40,964 nucleotides of DNA from Octopus sinensis. Taxonomy: Eukaryota. Shown here piece after piece: positions 14,028 to 25,163 of the stretch. How positions within the stretch are numbered: position 1 is the first letter of the stretch; each line of letters opens with the position of its first letter. Both the position numbers and the translations under genes were made by a program. The notes under the pieces are model-generated. The model did no database searches. It was not told the DNA's origin and was given only the letters and a program-made list of their open reading frames with translations. The stretch is taken from NCBI RefSeq assembly GCF_006345805.1, contig NW_021835291.1:1-40964 (forward strand). Direction: 5' to 3'.

Positions 14028-14447
14028 CTATTTCTTTACTACCCACAAGAGGCTAAACACAGAGAGGTCAAACATAGACAGACACACGGATTAACTCGAT
14101 TATATCGACCCCAGTGCGTAACTGGTACTTATTTAATCGACCCCGAAAGGATGAAAGGCAAAGTCGACCTCGGCAGAATTTGAACTCAGAACGTAACGGC
14201 AGACGAAATACCTATTTCTTTATTACCCACAAGGGGCTAAACACAGAGAGGACAAACAAGGAGAGACAAACGGATTAAGTCGATTACATCGACCCCAGTG
14301 CGTAACTGGTACTTATTTTAATCGACCCCGAAAGGATGAAAAGCAAAGTCGACCTCTGCGGAATTTGAACTCAGAACATAGCGGCAGACGAAATACTGCT
14401 CAGCATTTCGCCCGGCGTGCTAACGATTCTGCCAGCTCGCCGCCTTC
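14028..14447 (-). mobile_element. Family M tRNA-derived SINE, head plus two 184-bp units, with probable TSD
   Basis: Minus-strand head GGCGGCGAGCTGGCAGAATCGTTAG (A box) and B box GAGTTCAAATTCC. Units start at 14027 and 14211. Flanks CCGCCATCAATTTAC (14013-14027) and CCGCCGTCAATTTAC (14448-14462). Confidence 0.85.
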
Positions 14448-14706
14448 CCGCCGTCAATTTACTGTGAAGGAAGTTCATGTGATGAAATTTCACTGCGAGG
14501 AAAATTTTACCGAGAAAATATATTCATAGTGTCTCACTATTGATAGTTAAAAATTTATTTTATTGTAAAAAAAAAAAAAAAGAAACGGTGAATTGAGGAC
14601 AGCGAACTTACTTGTCATGACGATACATGACGACAATGAGGACGATCTCTGCTCAATATCAATCTATCAGGCTCTGTTCGTAATTTATCTGTTCATGTGA
14701 TGTTAT

Positions 14707-15034
14707 GTGGAGGCGCAATGGTCCAGTGATTTGGGCAGCGGACTAGCGGTCGGAGGAACGTGGTTTCGATTCCCAGACCGGGCGTTGTGTGTGTGTTTAT
14801 TGAGCGAAAACAACTAAAGTTCCACAAGGCTCCGGCAGTGGGTGGTGGCGACCCCTGTTGTACTTTTTCGCCCCAAATTTCTCTCACTCTTTCTTCCTGT
14901 TTCTTGAGTAACGCCACGATGGACTGGTGTCCCGTCCAGTTGGGGGGGGGGGGAACACATACACCATAGAAACCGGGAGACTGGGCCCATGAGCCTGGCT
15001 AGGCTTGAAAAGGGCACATAAATAAATAAAGAAA
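14707..15034 (+). mobile_element. Family B tRNA-derived SINE, tail type 1, with 12-bp TSD
   Basis: Head GGAGGCGCAATGGTCCAGTG...GGTTTCGATTCCC, A-rich end; perfect TSD ATGTGATGTTAT at 14695-14706 and 15035-15046. Confidence 0.9.
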
Positions 15035-15513
15035 ATGTGATGTTATAGAATAAATAATTTGTCCGGTGTGTTGCGCCGTCGAATTGAACCCGTAACGTCA
15101 TGTTTGTCAATCTAAAGTGTTAAATCTTCAAGGCTTTCAAAGGTTTTCGTCGAACAAATCGACACCATTAATAGTTTTTGTTTACTTTTTTTCAAGTCTG
15201 ACTATTATATTATTCTATCGTTCTCATTTGCCGAGCTGCTAAGTTACGAAGATGTACACAGACTGAAACCGGTTGTCAAGTGATAGACACAAACACAAAC
15301 ACAAGCACAAGCACACAGACATATACATATTCTACGTATGAGCGTTCAGCTTTTGCCGAACGATCTGCAAAAATGATTTGTTTATAGAGATCAAATGTTC
15401 GTGTGGAACACCTTAGCTCACTCCTTCGCATCATATCGACTTTACCTGTACAGGTACACAAGTGTGTCACACGTCAGATACCAAAATGATCGCAGATCAG
15501 TATGAAGAGAAAT

Positions 15514-15929
15514 GTTTTACTCTTTTACTCTTTACTCTTTACTTGTTTCAGATATTTGACTGTGGCTATGCTGGAGCACTGCCTTTAATCGAGCAAATCG
15601 ACCCTCAGGACTTATTCTTTGTAAGCCTAGTACTTATTCTATCGGTCTCTTTTGCCGAATCGCTAGGTTACGGGGACGTAAACACACCAGCATCGGTTGT
15701 CAAGCGATGTTGGGGTGGGGGGACAAACACAGACACACAAACGTATACACACACATACATATATATATTGGTACATATATACGACGGGCTTCTTTCAGTT
15801 TCCGTCTACGAAATCCACTCACAAGGCTTTGATCGGCCCGACTCTATCGTAGAAGACACTTTCTTAAGGTGCCACGCATTGGGACTGAACCCAGAATCAT
15901 GTGCTTGGTACCACGCAGCCACTCCTACG
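15514..15929 (-). mobile_element. Family A SINE
   Basis: Reverse complement of the family A sequence, with (GAGTAAA)n-type tail at 15514-15545 and a small deletion in the head. Confidence 0.9.
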
Positions 15930-15965
15930 ACTATGTTTTTCCCAAGAACACTACGCGCTGTTACA

Positions 15966-16007
<42 letters not shown>

Positions 16008-16246
16008 GAGAGAGCGAACGAGAGATAGGTATACATATATTCCAAGGGTCAAGAGAAGTAATGTTCGCATTGCATGAAATGGGTTCAAATGACCATAAAA
16101 TATATCGCAAATATATTTATTTATTCAATCCAAATATAATCGCCAAAACAAGCATTGAAATTTCCTCAACTCGAAACCGGTTTTCTGGTACCGCAGGCAA
16201 ACTATCATTTTATTTCGAAGAGAACAATTTTGAGTACCGTTTTAGG

Positions 16247-16415
16247 GGCAGGAGTGGCTGCGTGGTAAGTAGCTTGCTTACCAACCACATGGTTCCGGGT
16301 TCAGTCCCACTGCGTGGCATCTTGGGCAAGTGTCTTCTGCTATAGCCCCGGGCCGACCAATGACTTGTGAGTGGATTTGGTAGACGGAAACTGAAAGAAG
16401 CCTGTCGTATATATG

Positions 16416-16446
<31 letters not shown>

Positions 16447-16664
16447 TTGTGTGTCTGTGTTTGTCCCCCTAGCATTGCTTGACAACCGATGCTGGTGTGT
16501 TTACGTCCCCGTCACTTAGCGGTTCGGCAAAAGAGACCGATAGAATAAGTACTGAGCTTACAAAGAATAAGTCCCGAGGTCGATTTGCTCGACTAAAGGC
16601 GGTGCTCCAGCATGGCCGCAGTCAAATGACTGAAACAAGTAAAAGAGTAAAGAGTAAAAGAGAG
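16247..16664 (+). mobile_element. Family A SINE, full length
   Basis: A box TGGCTGCGTGG, B box GGTTCAGTCCC, internal TA/TG tract, 3' stem-loop CAGTC-AAAT-GACTG, (AAAGAGT)n tail. Confidence 0.92.
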
Positions 16665-17019
16665 TTTTGACAACCTGTCTGTTTCTGAGTGTTTTTCTCC
16701 TGGCGAAGAGTTCAAGTGACCTGAAGGATTGAAAACGTCTGATGATGCTAGGTTCGGTGAGTAGGGACAGTGAATTATAGCTTTCCAGCTGAAGGAATTT
16801 ATCTTGTTTTGAGTTACATTGCCGAATGTGGCTTTGGATTGTCGTGTTGCACAGCGACTCCCTTTCTGATGTATCCACATTCTTCTCTATACGCTTTCCC
16901 AATCTGCGTGAAATGGTCTTATACAGTCGACCAAGGTTTAGTAAGCCTCTGGGTTAAGTCTTAAGTTCCTTGAAGCACATTCTCTTCCAGTGTTGTTTTC
17001 ATTGCATCACGATTGATTT

Positions 17020-17565
17020 CAAACTTTGGCACAAGGCCAGCAATCTTGAAGGAGTGAAGGAGTAAGTCGATTACATCGACACCAGTGCTCAAATATGTGA
17101 AACGCAAAGTCTTTTCTACAAGGCCTGAAATTTTGGGGGAGGGGACCAGTCGATTAGATCAACCCCAGTGCACAACTGGTACTTAATTAATCAACCCCGA
17201 AAGGATGAAAGGCAAAAATCGACATCGGTGGAATTTGAACTTAGAACGTAAGAACAGATGGAATACCTATTTCTTTACTGCCCACAAGGGGCTAAACACA
17301 GAGGACAAACAAGGACAGACAAACGAACTAAGTTGATTGTATCGATCCCAGTGCGGAACTGGTACTTATTTAATCGACCCCGAAAGGATGAAAGGCAAAG
17401 TCGACCTCGGCGGAAATTGAACTCAGAACGTAGCAGTAGACGAAATAATGCGATGCATTTCGCCCGGCATGCTAACGTTTCTGCCAGCTGGACTCAGAAC
17501 GTGAGATGGATCAAATGCTACTAAGCAATTTGCCCGGCGTGCTAACGATTCTGCCAGCTCTCCGT
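17020..17565 (-). mobile_element. Family M SINE composite (two heads, a tail-1 unit, a tail-2 unit, plus an extra tail fragment)
   Basis: Heads at about 17565-17525 and 17490-17455; same unit junction ATAC|CTATTTC at 17266 as in the other M loci; alternative tail CCCCCAAAATTTCAGGCCTTGTAG. Confidence 0.8.
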
Positions 17566-18194
17566 TTTTCACTGAATCAGTATTGAAAATGGTTGATCTT
17601 CCTAGCCGATACCATCCAAAAAAGAACGATATCACGGTATCTTAATTTGTTAAGGCATCTTAGGCATTTCCGAACACTGGTACCAGCAAGATATACAGTA
17701 TGTACATTTTCCCTTGCATCTGTTGCAAATTGTTCAACGCCCTGCTTTACTTTCGAAGGACAGCTCATGAGGTACTCGCTTCAGTTTTCTGATAAATATT
17801 CTCAATTTTCTTCAGATGATCTTTCACAGATAAGCACGGTTTATAAAGCCATCGGAATAAGCCCCCGATACTTTGGCGTAAATCCCCTTCAACTGCTCTT
17901 TTCACGGTGTCATTTTCGAGAACAGTTGGTTTTCCAGATCGATGCCCATCCAACAGAACAAAACCACAAATTTTGAATTTGTTAAACCATTTTGACATTT
18001 TCCAAGCACCCACAGCATCGCGATATACAGCATATACGTTTTCCTTTGCAGCTGTTGCAAATTTCTCAACACCTTTACTTTCAGGGGACAGTTCATGAGG
18101 TACCCACTTCCTTTTCTGTACACTTTCTCAATCTGCTCCAGATAGCCTTTCATACAGTACCAAAATTTATGAGCAAAAGTACGTAAAATCTATC

Positions 18195-18410
18195 ACCCTT
18201 CCAAATAATAGCTGGTATGTTTTCGGGACCAGATGCTTTCTAGGCTTTCAGTTGTTTAATGACTGCTGTTAGTTCAAATATGGTAAAAGGGAAGGTGTTG
18301 ATGTCCAGCGTATCTGATATAGGCACACTTGGAAGAGTGGGGTTATCAGGGATTTTGGCATTCTTGAAGTCTGGCGTAACTAGTAAATTCCATTGTCTCG
18401 ACCACGGTCG
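18195..18410 (-). mobile_element. Non-LTR retrotransposon fragment (region just upstream of RT)
   Basis: Translates PFTIFELTAVIKQLKA*KASGPENIPAIIWK, the KAxGPDxIP motif preceding LINE RT domains. Confidence 0.7.
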
Positions 18411-18657
18411 AACAATTATGATGATGAAGGTTTATGAAGTCACTGGAATAAATCACCGATACTTTGGCGCAGATCCATTTCGGTTATTGTTTTCACCGTC
18501 AATTTCCTGATTGAGACGCATTCAACAGATCAAAATCACGGATTTTGAATTTCTTAAACCATTTTTGACATTTTCCGAGCACTCACACCTTCAGGATATA
18601 CAGTTTATACGTGTTATCTTCCAGGTGTTACATTGTTGTCCTTACAAAATACATAAA

Positions 18658-19066
18658 GCATGGAGTGGCTGTGTGATAAGTAGCTTGTCTACCAACCACA
18701 TGGTTCCGGGTTCAATCCCAATGCGTGGCACTTTGGGCAAGTGTCTTCTACTATAGCCTCGGGACGACCAAAGCCTTGTGAGTGGATTTGGTAGACGGAA
18801 ACTGAAAGAAGCCCGTCGTATATATGTATATGTATATATATATGTGTGTGTGTATGTTTGTGTGTCTGTGTTGTCCCTCCAACATCGCTTGACAACCGAT
18901 GCTGGTGTGTTTACGTCCCCGTCACTTAGCGGTTCGGCAAAAGAGACTGATAGAATAAGTACTGGGCTTACAAAGAATAAGTCCCGGAGTCGATTTGCTC
19001 GACTAAAGGCGGTGTTCCAGCATGGCCGCTGTCAAATGACTGAAACAAGTAAAAGAGTAAAAGAGT
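18658..19066 (+). mobile_element. Family A SINE, full length
   Basis: Same head, body, 3' region and (AAAAGAGT)n tail as 16247-16664. Confidence 0.92.
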
Positions 19067-19217
19067 ACTGAATATGCAGCAAACAAAAACTCTTGTCTTC
19101 CACGGGCCATCACACAGAGGATGTCCACACACAGCATGAGGGTGACAAAACCAACGTTTGGTCCTTGACTCTACGCCGATTGATTGATTGCGGGGACATC
19201 TTTTGTTGGTTTCTATC

Positions 19218-19542
19218 ACTTGTTTCAGTCATTTAATTGCTGCCATGCAGGAGCAGGTCTTTAAAGAGTTTTAGTCGAACGAATCGATCCTAATACTTAG
19301 GTTTTTAGGTTTGCTGCTTATTCTATCGTTGTCTTCTTGTCGAACCGTTAAGTTACGAGGACGTAAACGCACAAATACCGGCTACCAGTCAGTGGAAGGA
19401 GAAAGACACACACACACAAACATGAACACGCACAAGCATGCACACACACACATATGCGGCACGCTTCTTTCAGTTTCCGTCAGTCAAATCCACTCGCAAA
19501 GCTATGATGGCCCGAGGGTTACAGTAGAAGGCACTTACCCAG
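19218..19542 (-). mobile_element. Family A SINE, older diverged copy
   Basis: TTGTTTCAGTCATTT...GCCATG at the left end and CTTCTTTCAGTTTCCGTC...AAATCCACTC body; head eroded. Confidence 0.75.
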
Positions 19543-19579
19543 TATATGCGAAGGCGCATCATATACATGATATAGGTGA

Positions 19580-19903
19580 AGGCGCGTGGATCAGTGGTTA
19601 AAGCGTCGAGCTTACGATCGTGAGGTTGTGAGTTCGATTCCCGGACCGGGCTGCGTGTTGTGTTCTTGAGCAAGACACTTTATTTCACGTAGTTCCAGTT
19701 CACTCAGCTGTAGAAATTAGTTGCGACGTCATTGGTGCCAAGCTGTATCGGTCTTTGCCTTTCAGTGGTGTGGAGAGGGCAGCATGGTATGCATGGGCGA
19801 CTGTGCCGGTTTTCCATAAAACAACCTTACCCGGACTTGTTCCTCAGAGAGTAACTTTCTAGGTGCAATCGCATGGTCATTCATGACCGAAGGGGGTTAC
19901 CCC
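19580..19903 (+). mobile_element. Family C tRNA-derived SINE
   Basis: Head AGGCGCGTGGATCAGTGGTT...GAGTTCGATTCCC, body TTGAGCAAGACACTT, 3' hairpin GGTCA-TTCA-TGACC; homologous to 27470-27800. Confidence 0.85.
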
Positions 19904-19943
19904 AATATGATATATGTATATAGATATGTAAAAACAAATACAC

Positions 19944-19975
<32 letters not shown>

Positions 19976-19977
<2 letters not shown>

Positions 19978-22828
19978 GAAAAGAAAGGAGTCATGGAGGA
20001 GTTGCTATGTACATCCGTGAGGACCTCACACCCCAGGTCCTTTTGTCATACTCAAACTCGGTGTGTGACACACTAATTGTACATGTAAGGCAACTTGGTG
20101 TAGTTGTGTGTGCTACATATCGCCCTCCAGATGCCTCGAGCCATATGGGCAAGTTTGAAGACTGCCTTATAAAAATAGAAGAAGTTCTAGTCTCACTAGA
20201 ACAGCACATAAGTGTACTTCTCATGGGAGACTTCAACCTGCCCAATGTCAGATGGCCCGAGGGCCTTTCTCTCCCAGGAATGACACGATGTGAACGGGGA
20301 CAGGCGAGGTCCCTCCTGAACCTCATCAACACCCTGTACATGGAGCAAGTAATACTCCAACCAACCAGGGCAGGTAACACACTGGATCTCTGCTTCACAA
20401 ATAATATGGATCTCATCCATAATGTGAAAGTGACGCCGACACTACTCTCGGATCACAACATGGTAGAGCTGACCATGTACGGGCCAAAGGAAACAATGGA
20501 CATGCAGCCTACAAGAAACTCTCAGAATCTTTCCAGCTTGAACTTCAATAAGGCAAACTGGAAACAAATTGAGAAAGAGATCCTCAAACAAAACTGGCCT
20601 GAATGTCTCTCCTCGCCGGAGATCGACATGAAACTTCAACAATTCATGTCTGTAATGCAAGCCATATGCTACAAATATGTCCCAGAGAGAAAGGCCACTA
20701 TACACAAGAACAAAATCCCCAGAGAGAGGAAAATTCTAATGAGACGGCGCACAAAAATCTCAAATCGCCAAAACAAACAAATTGAAAGCAGTGAAAAGTC
20801 CCACCTGAAAATGAAACTGTTGGAAATTGAAAACTGTCTGCAACTCTCCCATGAAAAGGAAAGAGCAGACAAAGAAGCCTGGGCTATAGACAACATAAAA
20901 TCTAACCCCAGAGCTTTCTACAGGTATGCCAAAGAAACAGCTACGGTGCACTGTAGGATAGGGCCACTCCTTGAAAGGGATGGCACGCTCACAGGAAATC
21001 CAATGAGGGTAAGTGAAATACTAAATGAGCAAATCAAGAGTGTTTTCACCCCCACCCCTTGGGCATTTCCAAATCAGCAATCCAACTGACTTCTTCACCA
21101 CTGCAGATATGGGGTCAGAGGCGGCGATGATTGATTACATCAATATAAAGGAAGACGATGTAATAAAGGCTATAGATGAGATGGAAACAAACTCAGCTAC
21201 TGGCCCCGATGGATTCCCAGCAATCCTTCTAAAGTATGTAAGAGGGTCCTAGCAAGGCCACTGAGGTCTCTCTTTCAGAGCTTCCTTGCAACTGGCAAAC
21301 TTCAAAGTAAACTGAAGGAAGGTAAAATATGCCCTATTCATAAAGGAGGTAGCAGAGCGGAGGCCAAGAACTACAGACCTATCTCCCTAACCTCACACAT
21401 CAGCAAGGTCATGGAACGAATAGTCAGAAGGAAACTAATCACCTTCCTTGAAGAAAATGACTTGCTGCCTGACACCCAACATGGTTTCCGACCAGGAAGA
21501 AGCTGCTTAACTCAGCTCCTACAACACTATGACTGGGTGCTGAAACAACTGCTCAACCACTCAAATGTGGAAGTCATATATCTCGACTTTGCAAAGGCCT
21601 TTGATAAAGTCGATCATGGAATGATATGTCACAAACTGCGTGATCTTGGCATAGTTGGAAAATTGTGAGAATGGCTTCATAACTTTCTGAAGAATAGAAG
21701 TCAGGTGGTAACTTCCATTAACACGCAAATAGTGAGCGGTGTTCCGCAGGGCACTGTTTTGGGACCACTACTGTTCATAATGGCCCTCTCAGACATGCCC
21801 TCAGCCACGCAGAGAGCCACGATCACAAGTTATGCAGATGATACAAAAGTCTCACAGGCAATACAGAACCCTGAAGACACTAAGCACCTGCAATGTGAGC
21901 TGGACGAAATATACAAGTGGGCTGAAAAGAATAGCATGCAGTTCAATGCTGAAAAGTTTCAAACTTTATACTATCAGCATGCAAAACTGAATGCAATACC
22001 CAATGAATACACTGGACCCGGAGGGGTTGCAATCCCAGAGGCACAATCAGTGCGTGACTTGGGTATTCACATGAGTGATGACGCGACCTTTCATGTACAT
22101 GTTGTTAACTGGCAATGAAGTGTAGACGGCTGGCTGGATGGATTCTTAGAACCTTTAGAACAAGAGAACAAGAAACCATGATGGTCCTCTGGAAGACACT
22201 TGTCCTAAGCCACTTTGACTATTGCTCTCAGCTATGGTCACCATCCAGTGTCAAGATGATCACAGAACTTGAGGCGATCCAACGAAGCTACACGAAGAAG
22301 ATAGCCTCTGTGCAGCATATGAGCTACTGGGAAAGACTCAAGAGATTAAAGCTCTATTCCCTGGAGCGTAGGCGAGAAAGATATGCCATAATATATATCT
22401 GGAAGATCCTGGAAGGACTTGTCCCAAACTTTGGCATCGAGAGTCACACAAATGACAGAACCGAGCGCCACTGCGTAGTACCAAGGACTCCAATTTGCCA
22501 TCAATATATAGACAAGATATTTGATAGCCTGGGCTTCAGAGGCCCACAGCTCTTCAATATCCTCCAAAAGAACCTGAGGGACCTGCATGGTGTAGATTGC
22601 GGATGTCTTTAAAGTAGGACTGGACCTCTTCCTGTCAGGTGTCCCGGATGAACCAACTTCACGGCAGGAGGTGCAGATGAGGGCAGCTGCATCGAACTCT
22701 CTCATGCATCAGATGGCGTTTGCTAAAATGCATCCGTGAGGTAAAATCGTGTAGCAAACCAATGGCGGTGCCCGCATGGCCACAGCTCATTAGCTGAAAC
22801 TGGAAAAATCAAAATCAAATCAAAATCA
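19976..22828 (+). mobile_element. CR1-group LINE, 5'-truncated, ORF2 (APE endonuclease plus RT) disrupted by stops and frameshifts, with 3' UTR and (AAATC)n-type tail
   Basis: APE motifs YRPP, MGDFN, PTRAGNTLDL, SDHN; RT motifs QHGFRPGRSC, YLDFAKAFDKV, GVPQGTVLGPLLF, YADDTK; C-terminal LYSLERRRERY. Pieces match ORF track 20007-21089, 21025-21252, 21411-21668, 21705-22118 and 22115-22612. Confidence 0.95.
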
Positions 22829-22852
22829 TATATATATATATATATATATATA

Positions 22853-23105
22853 TTGGTAAAAAGGGTAGATATCAAAAGAAAGAAAGAGACCTCAATATTA
22901 TGTAAATAGAGGAAATTTATCTGTAAATAATATGTGACAATTATTCAATAGCCAAGATAAAACTCTGAGTTTCAGATGCCGAAGTGGAAATCCACACACC
23001 ATCTCTTCGGTTATCTGGCCATCTGTTGTGGATTTCCACTTCGGCATCTGAAACTCAGAGTTTTATCTTGGCTATTGAATAATTGCCACATATCAATTTA
23101 CAGAT
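22853..23105. mobile_element. Penelope-like terminal fragment with fold-back (arms 22919-22996 and 23027-23105)
   Basis: 59-bp perfect inverted repeat (22938-22996 vs 23027-23085) extending to about 78 bp, 30-nt loop; contains a hammerhead motif. Family call is inferred from the known HHR-PLE association. Confidence 0.65.
22951..23020 (-). ncRNA. Type I hammerhead ribozyme-like motif, probably inactivated (core U4 to C)
   Basis: Minus strand: GCCAGATAA [stem I] CCGAAGA [core CUGANGA with one mismatch] GATG...CATCT [stem II] GAAAC-TCAGA-GTT [stem III and GUH site] TTATCTTGGC [stem I partner]. Confidence 0.6.
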
Positions 23106-23179
23106 CTATATATATATATATATATATATATGTAGGTATACACTCACACACATATGTATATATATATATATTCATATAT

Positions 23180-23591
23180 ACTCTTTTACTCTTTTACTTG
23201 TTTCAGTCATTTAAATGCGGCCATGCTGGAGCACCGCCTTTAGTCGAGCAAATCGACCCCGGGACTTATTCTTTGTAAGCCCAGTACTTATTCTATCGGT
23301 CTCTTTTTGCCGAACCGCTAAGTGACGGGGACGTAAACGCACCAGCATCGGTTGTCAAGCGATTGTGGGGTGGACAAACACAGGCACACAAACATATACA
23401 CACACATACATATATATATATACATATATACCACAGGCTTCTTTCAGTTTCCGTCTACCAAATCCACTCACAAGGCATTGGTCGGCCCGAGGGTATAGCA
23501 GAAGACACTTGCCCAAGATGCCACGCAGTGGGACTGAACCCGGAACCATGTGGTTGGTAAGCAAGCTACTTACCACACAGCCACTCTTACG

Positions 23592-23594
<3 letters not shown>
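23180..23594 (-). mobile_element. Family A SINE, full length, flanked by (TA)n
   Basis: Reverse complement of the family A sequence including head and (GAGTAAAA)n tail. Confidence 0.92.
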
Positions 23595-23626
<32 letters not shown>

Positions 23627-23984
23627 GACCATTAATAGACGTGTGTATATAAGATAAAAGTCTTAATAGTGCCGTTATTGAAGATACGTAGGAAAAAATA
23701 AGAAAGATGGATAAATTTAATATAAAAAATAGATGAGAAACCGCCTGGATATAAAGCCTGACTTTATATTTTGTACAAGGGTATTGAATATGTATTTGGA
23801 ATTATTGTATCCACACTTCATAAGTTTATATATTTATCTCTTTATTGCAAATCTTGGATTTTCGGTTCCTTCTACATCAAATATTCTATGTTGCATATTT
23901 TTCTCTTTTTTATACTTCTGGGTTTTTACTTTCATTTACTCTCATTTCATTCGCTCTCATCCAATATTGCATTCATATATATAA

Positions 23985-23990
23985 GTATGC

Positions 23991-24037
<47 letters not shown>

Positions 24038-24114
24038 TGTGTGTGTGTGTGTGTATACAGGCATTCATATATAGAATATGAGAGGTTTACTGGTGATCTA
24101 AATGAATAGGCACG

Positions 24115-24148
<34 letters not shown>

Positions 24149-24152
24149 ACAT

Positions 24153-24184
<32 letters not shown>

Positions 24185-24250
24185 GCATTTGCAGACACAC
24201 ACATATATACTTATATATACATATATATGTATATATATATATATATATAG

Positions 24251-24310
<60 letters not shown>

Positions 24311-25061
24311 ATAGATATATTTATATATATATATGTATGTATACTATATAAGTATATATATATAATATGTATATATATATACATATATATAATATATATA
24401 CTTATATATATATCCATATTATATATATATATATATATATATGTGTTGTGTGTGTGTGTGTGTATATATACATATATATACATATTTACATATGTATATA
24501 CATACATACATGTATATGTATATAAATATCTATCTATCTATTCTATCTATCTATCTATATATATATATATATTATATATATTACATATATATGTGTGTGT
24601 GCGGGTGTATGTCCCTGTGTGTGTATGCATTTATATATTCATATATATGCGCACATATGTATTCGTATGTATACGTATATAAGTGTATATAACATCGCTT
24701 ATCATTTTACTCAGTAAATATATATTTTTTTCTTATATACCCCTCTCTCTATATATATGTGTGCAGTGCTTTTGTTGCCCGGATGGGGAGTGAATGGTCA
24801 AATAAACGCCGATTTATTTGAACGATAATCGTAACCTATTTGTTTGTTTTACTCCAAGACTCTCTCTCTCAGCCTATCGTAGATTTTCATGTGGATTCCT
24901 CTTCCAATTCCTGATAAATAAATCTTTGCTAAACGGATATTTTATTTATGGTTTTTCATTCTGGTCTGTTTTATCCTAAATATATTTTGCATTTCCGCAG
25001 CGCATTTATGGCGTGCAAAAACCGCTGCCATATTCTTTACTATTTCTGTATATCATTATTA

Positions 25062-25106
<45 letters not shown>

Positions 25107-25127
25107 TATTATTATATTATTATTATA

Positions 25128-25163
<36 letters not shown>

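Larger units (their letters stand above)
16690..18650 (-). mobile_element. Decayed mariner/Tc1-family transposase relic with three tandem HTH-linker modules, interrupted by a SINE and a LINE fragment
   Basis: Minus-strand peptides KWVPHEL (18110-18089), KWFNKFK...RSGKP, KCQKWFKKFK (about 18570), RVPHEL (about 17770), HDNPKPH and HCPYSPNLASSD (about 16850-16740) match mariner WVPHEL, HDNARPH and YSPDLAPSD motifs; many frameshifts and stops. Confidence 0.8.

Noticed and set aside
16247-16320. tRNA-like A and B boxes here and at other SINE heads
   Set aside because: No complete cloverleaf; each continues into a SINE body, so none is called as a tRNA gene.
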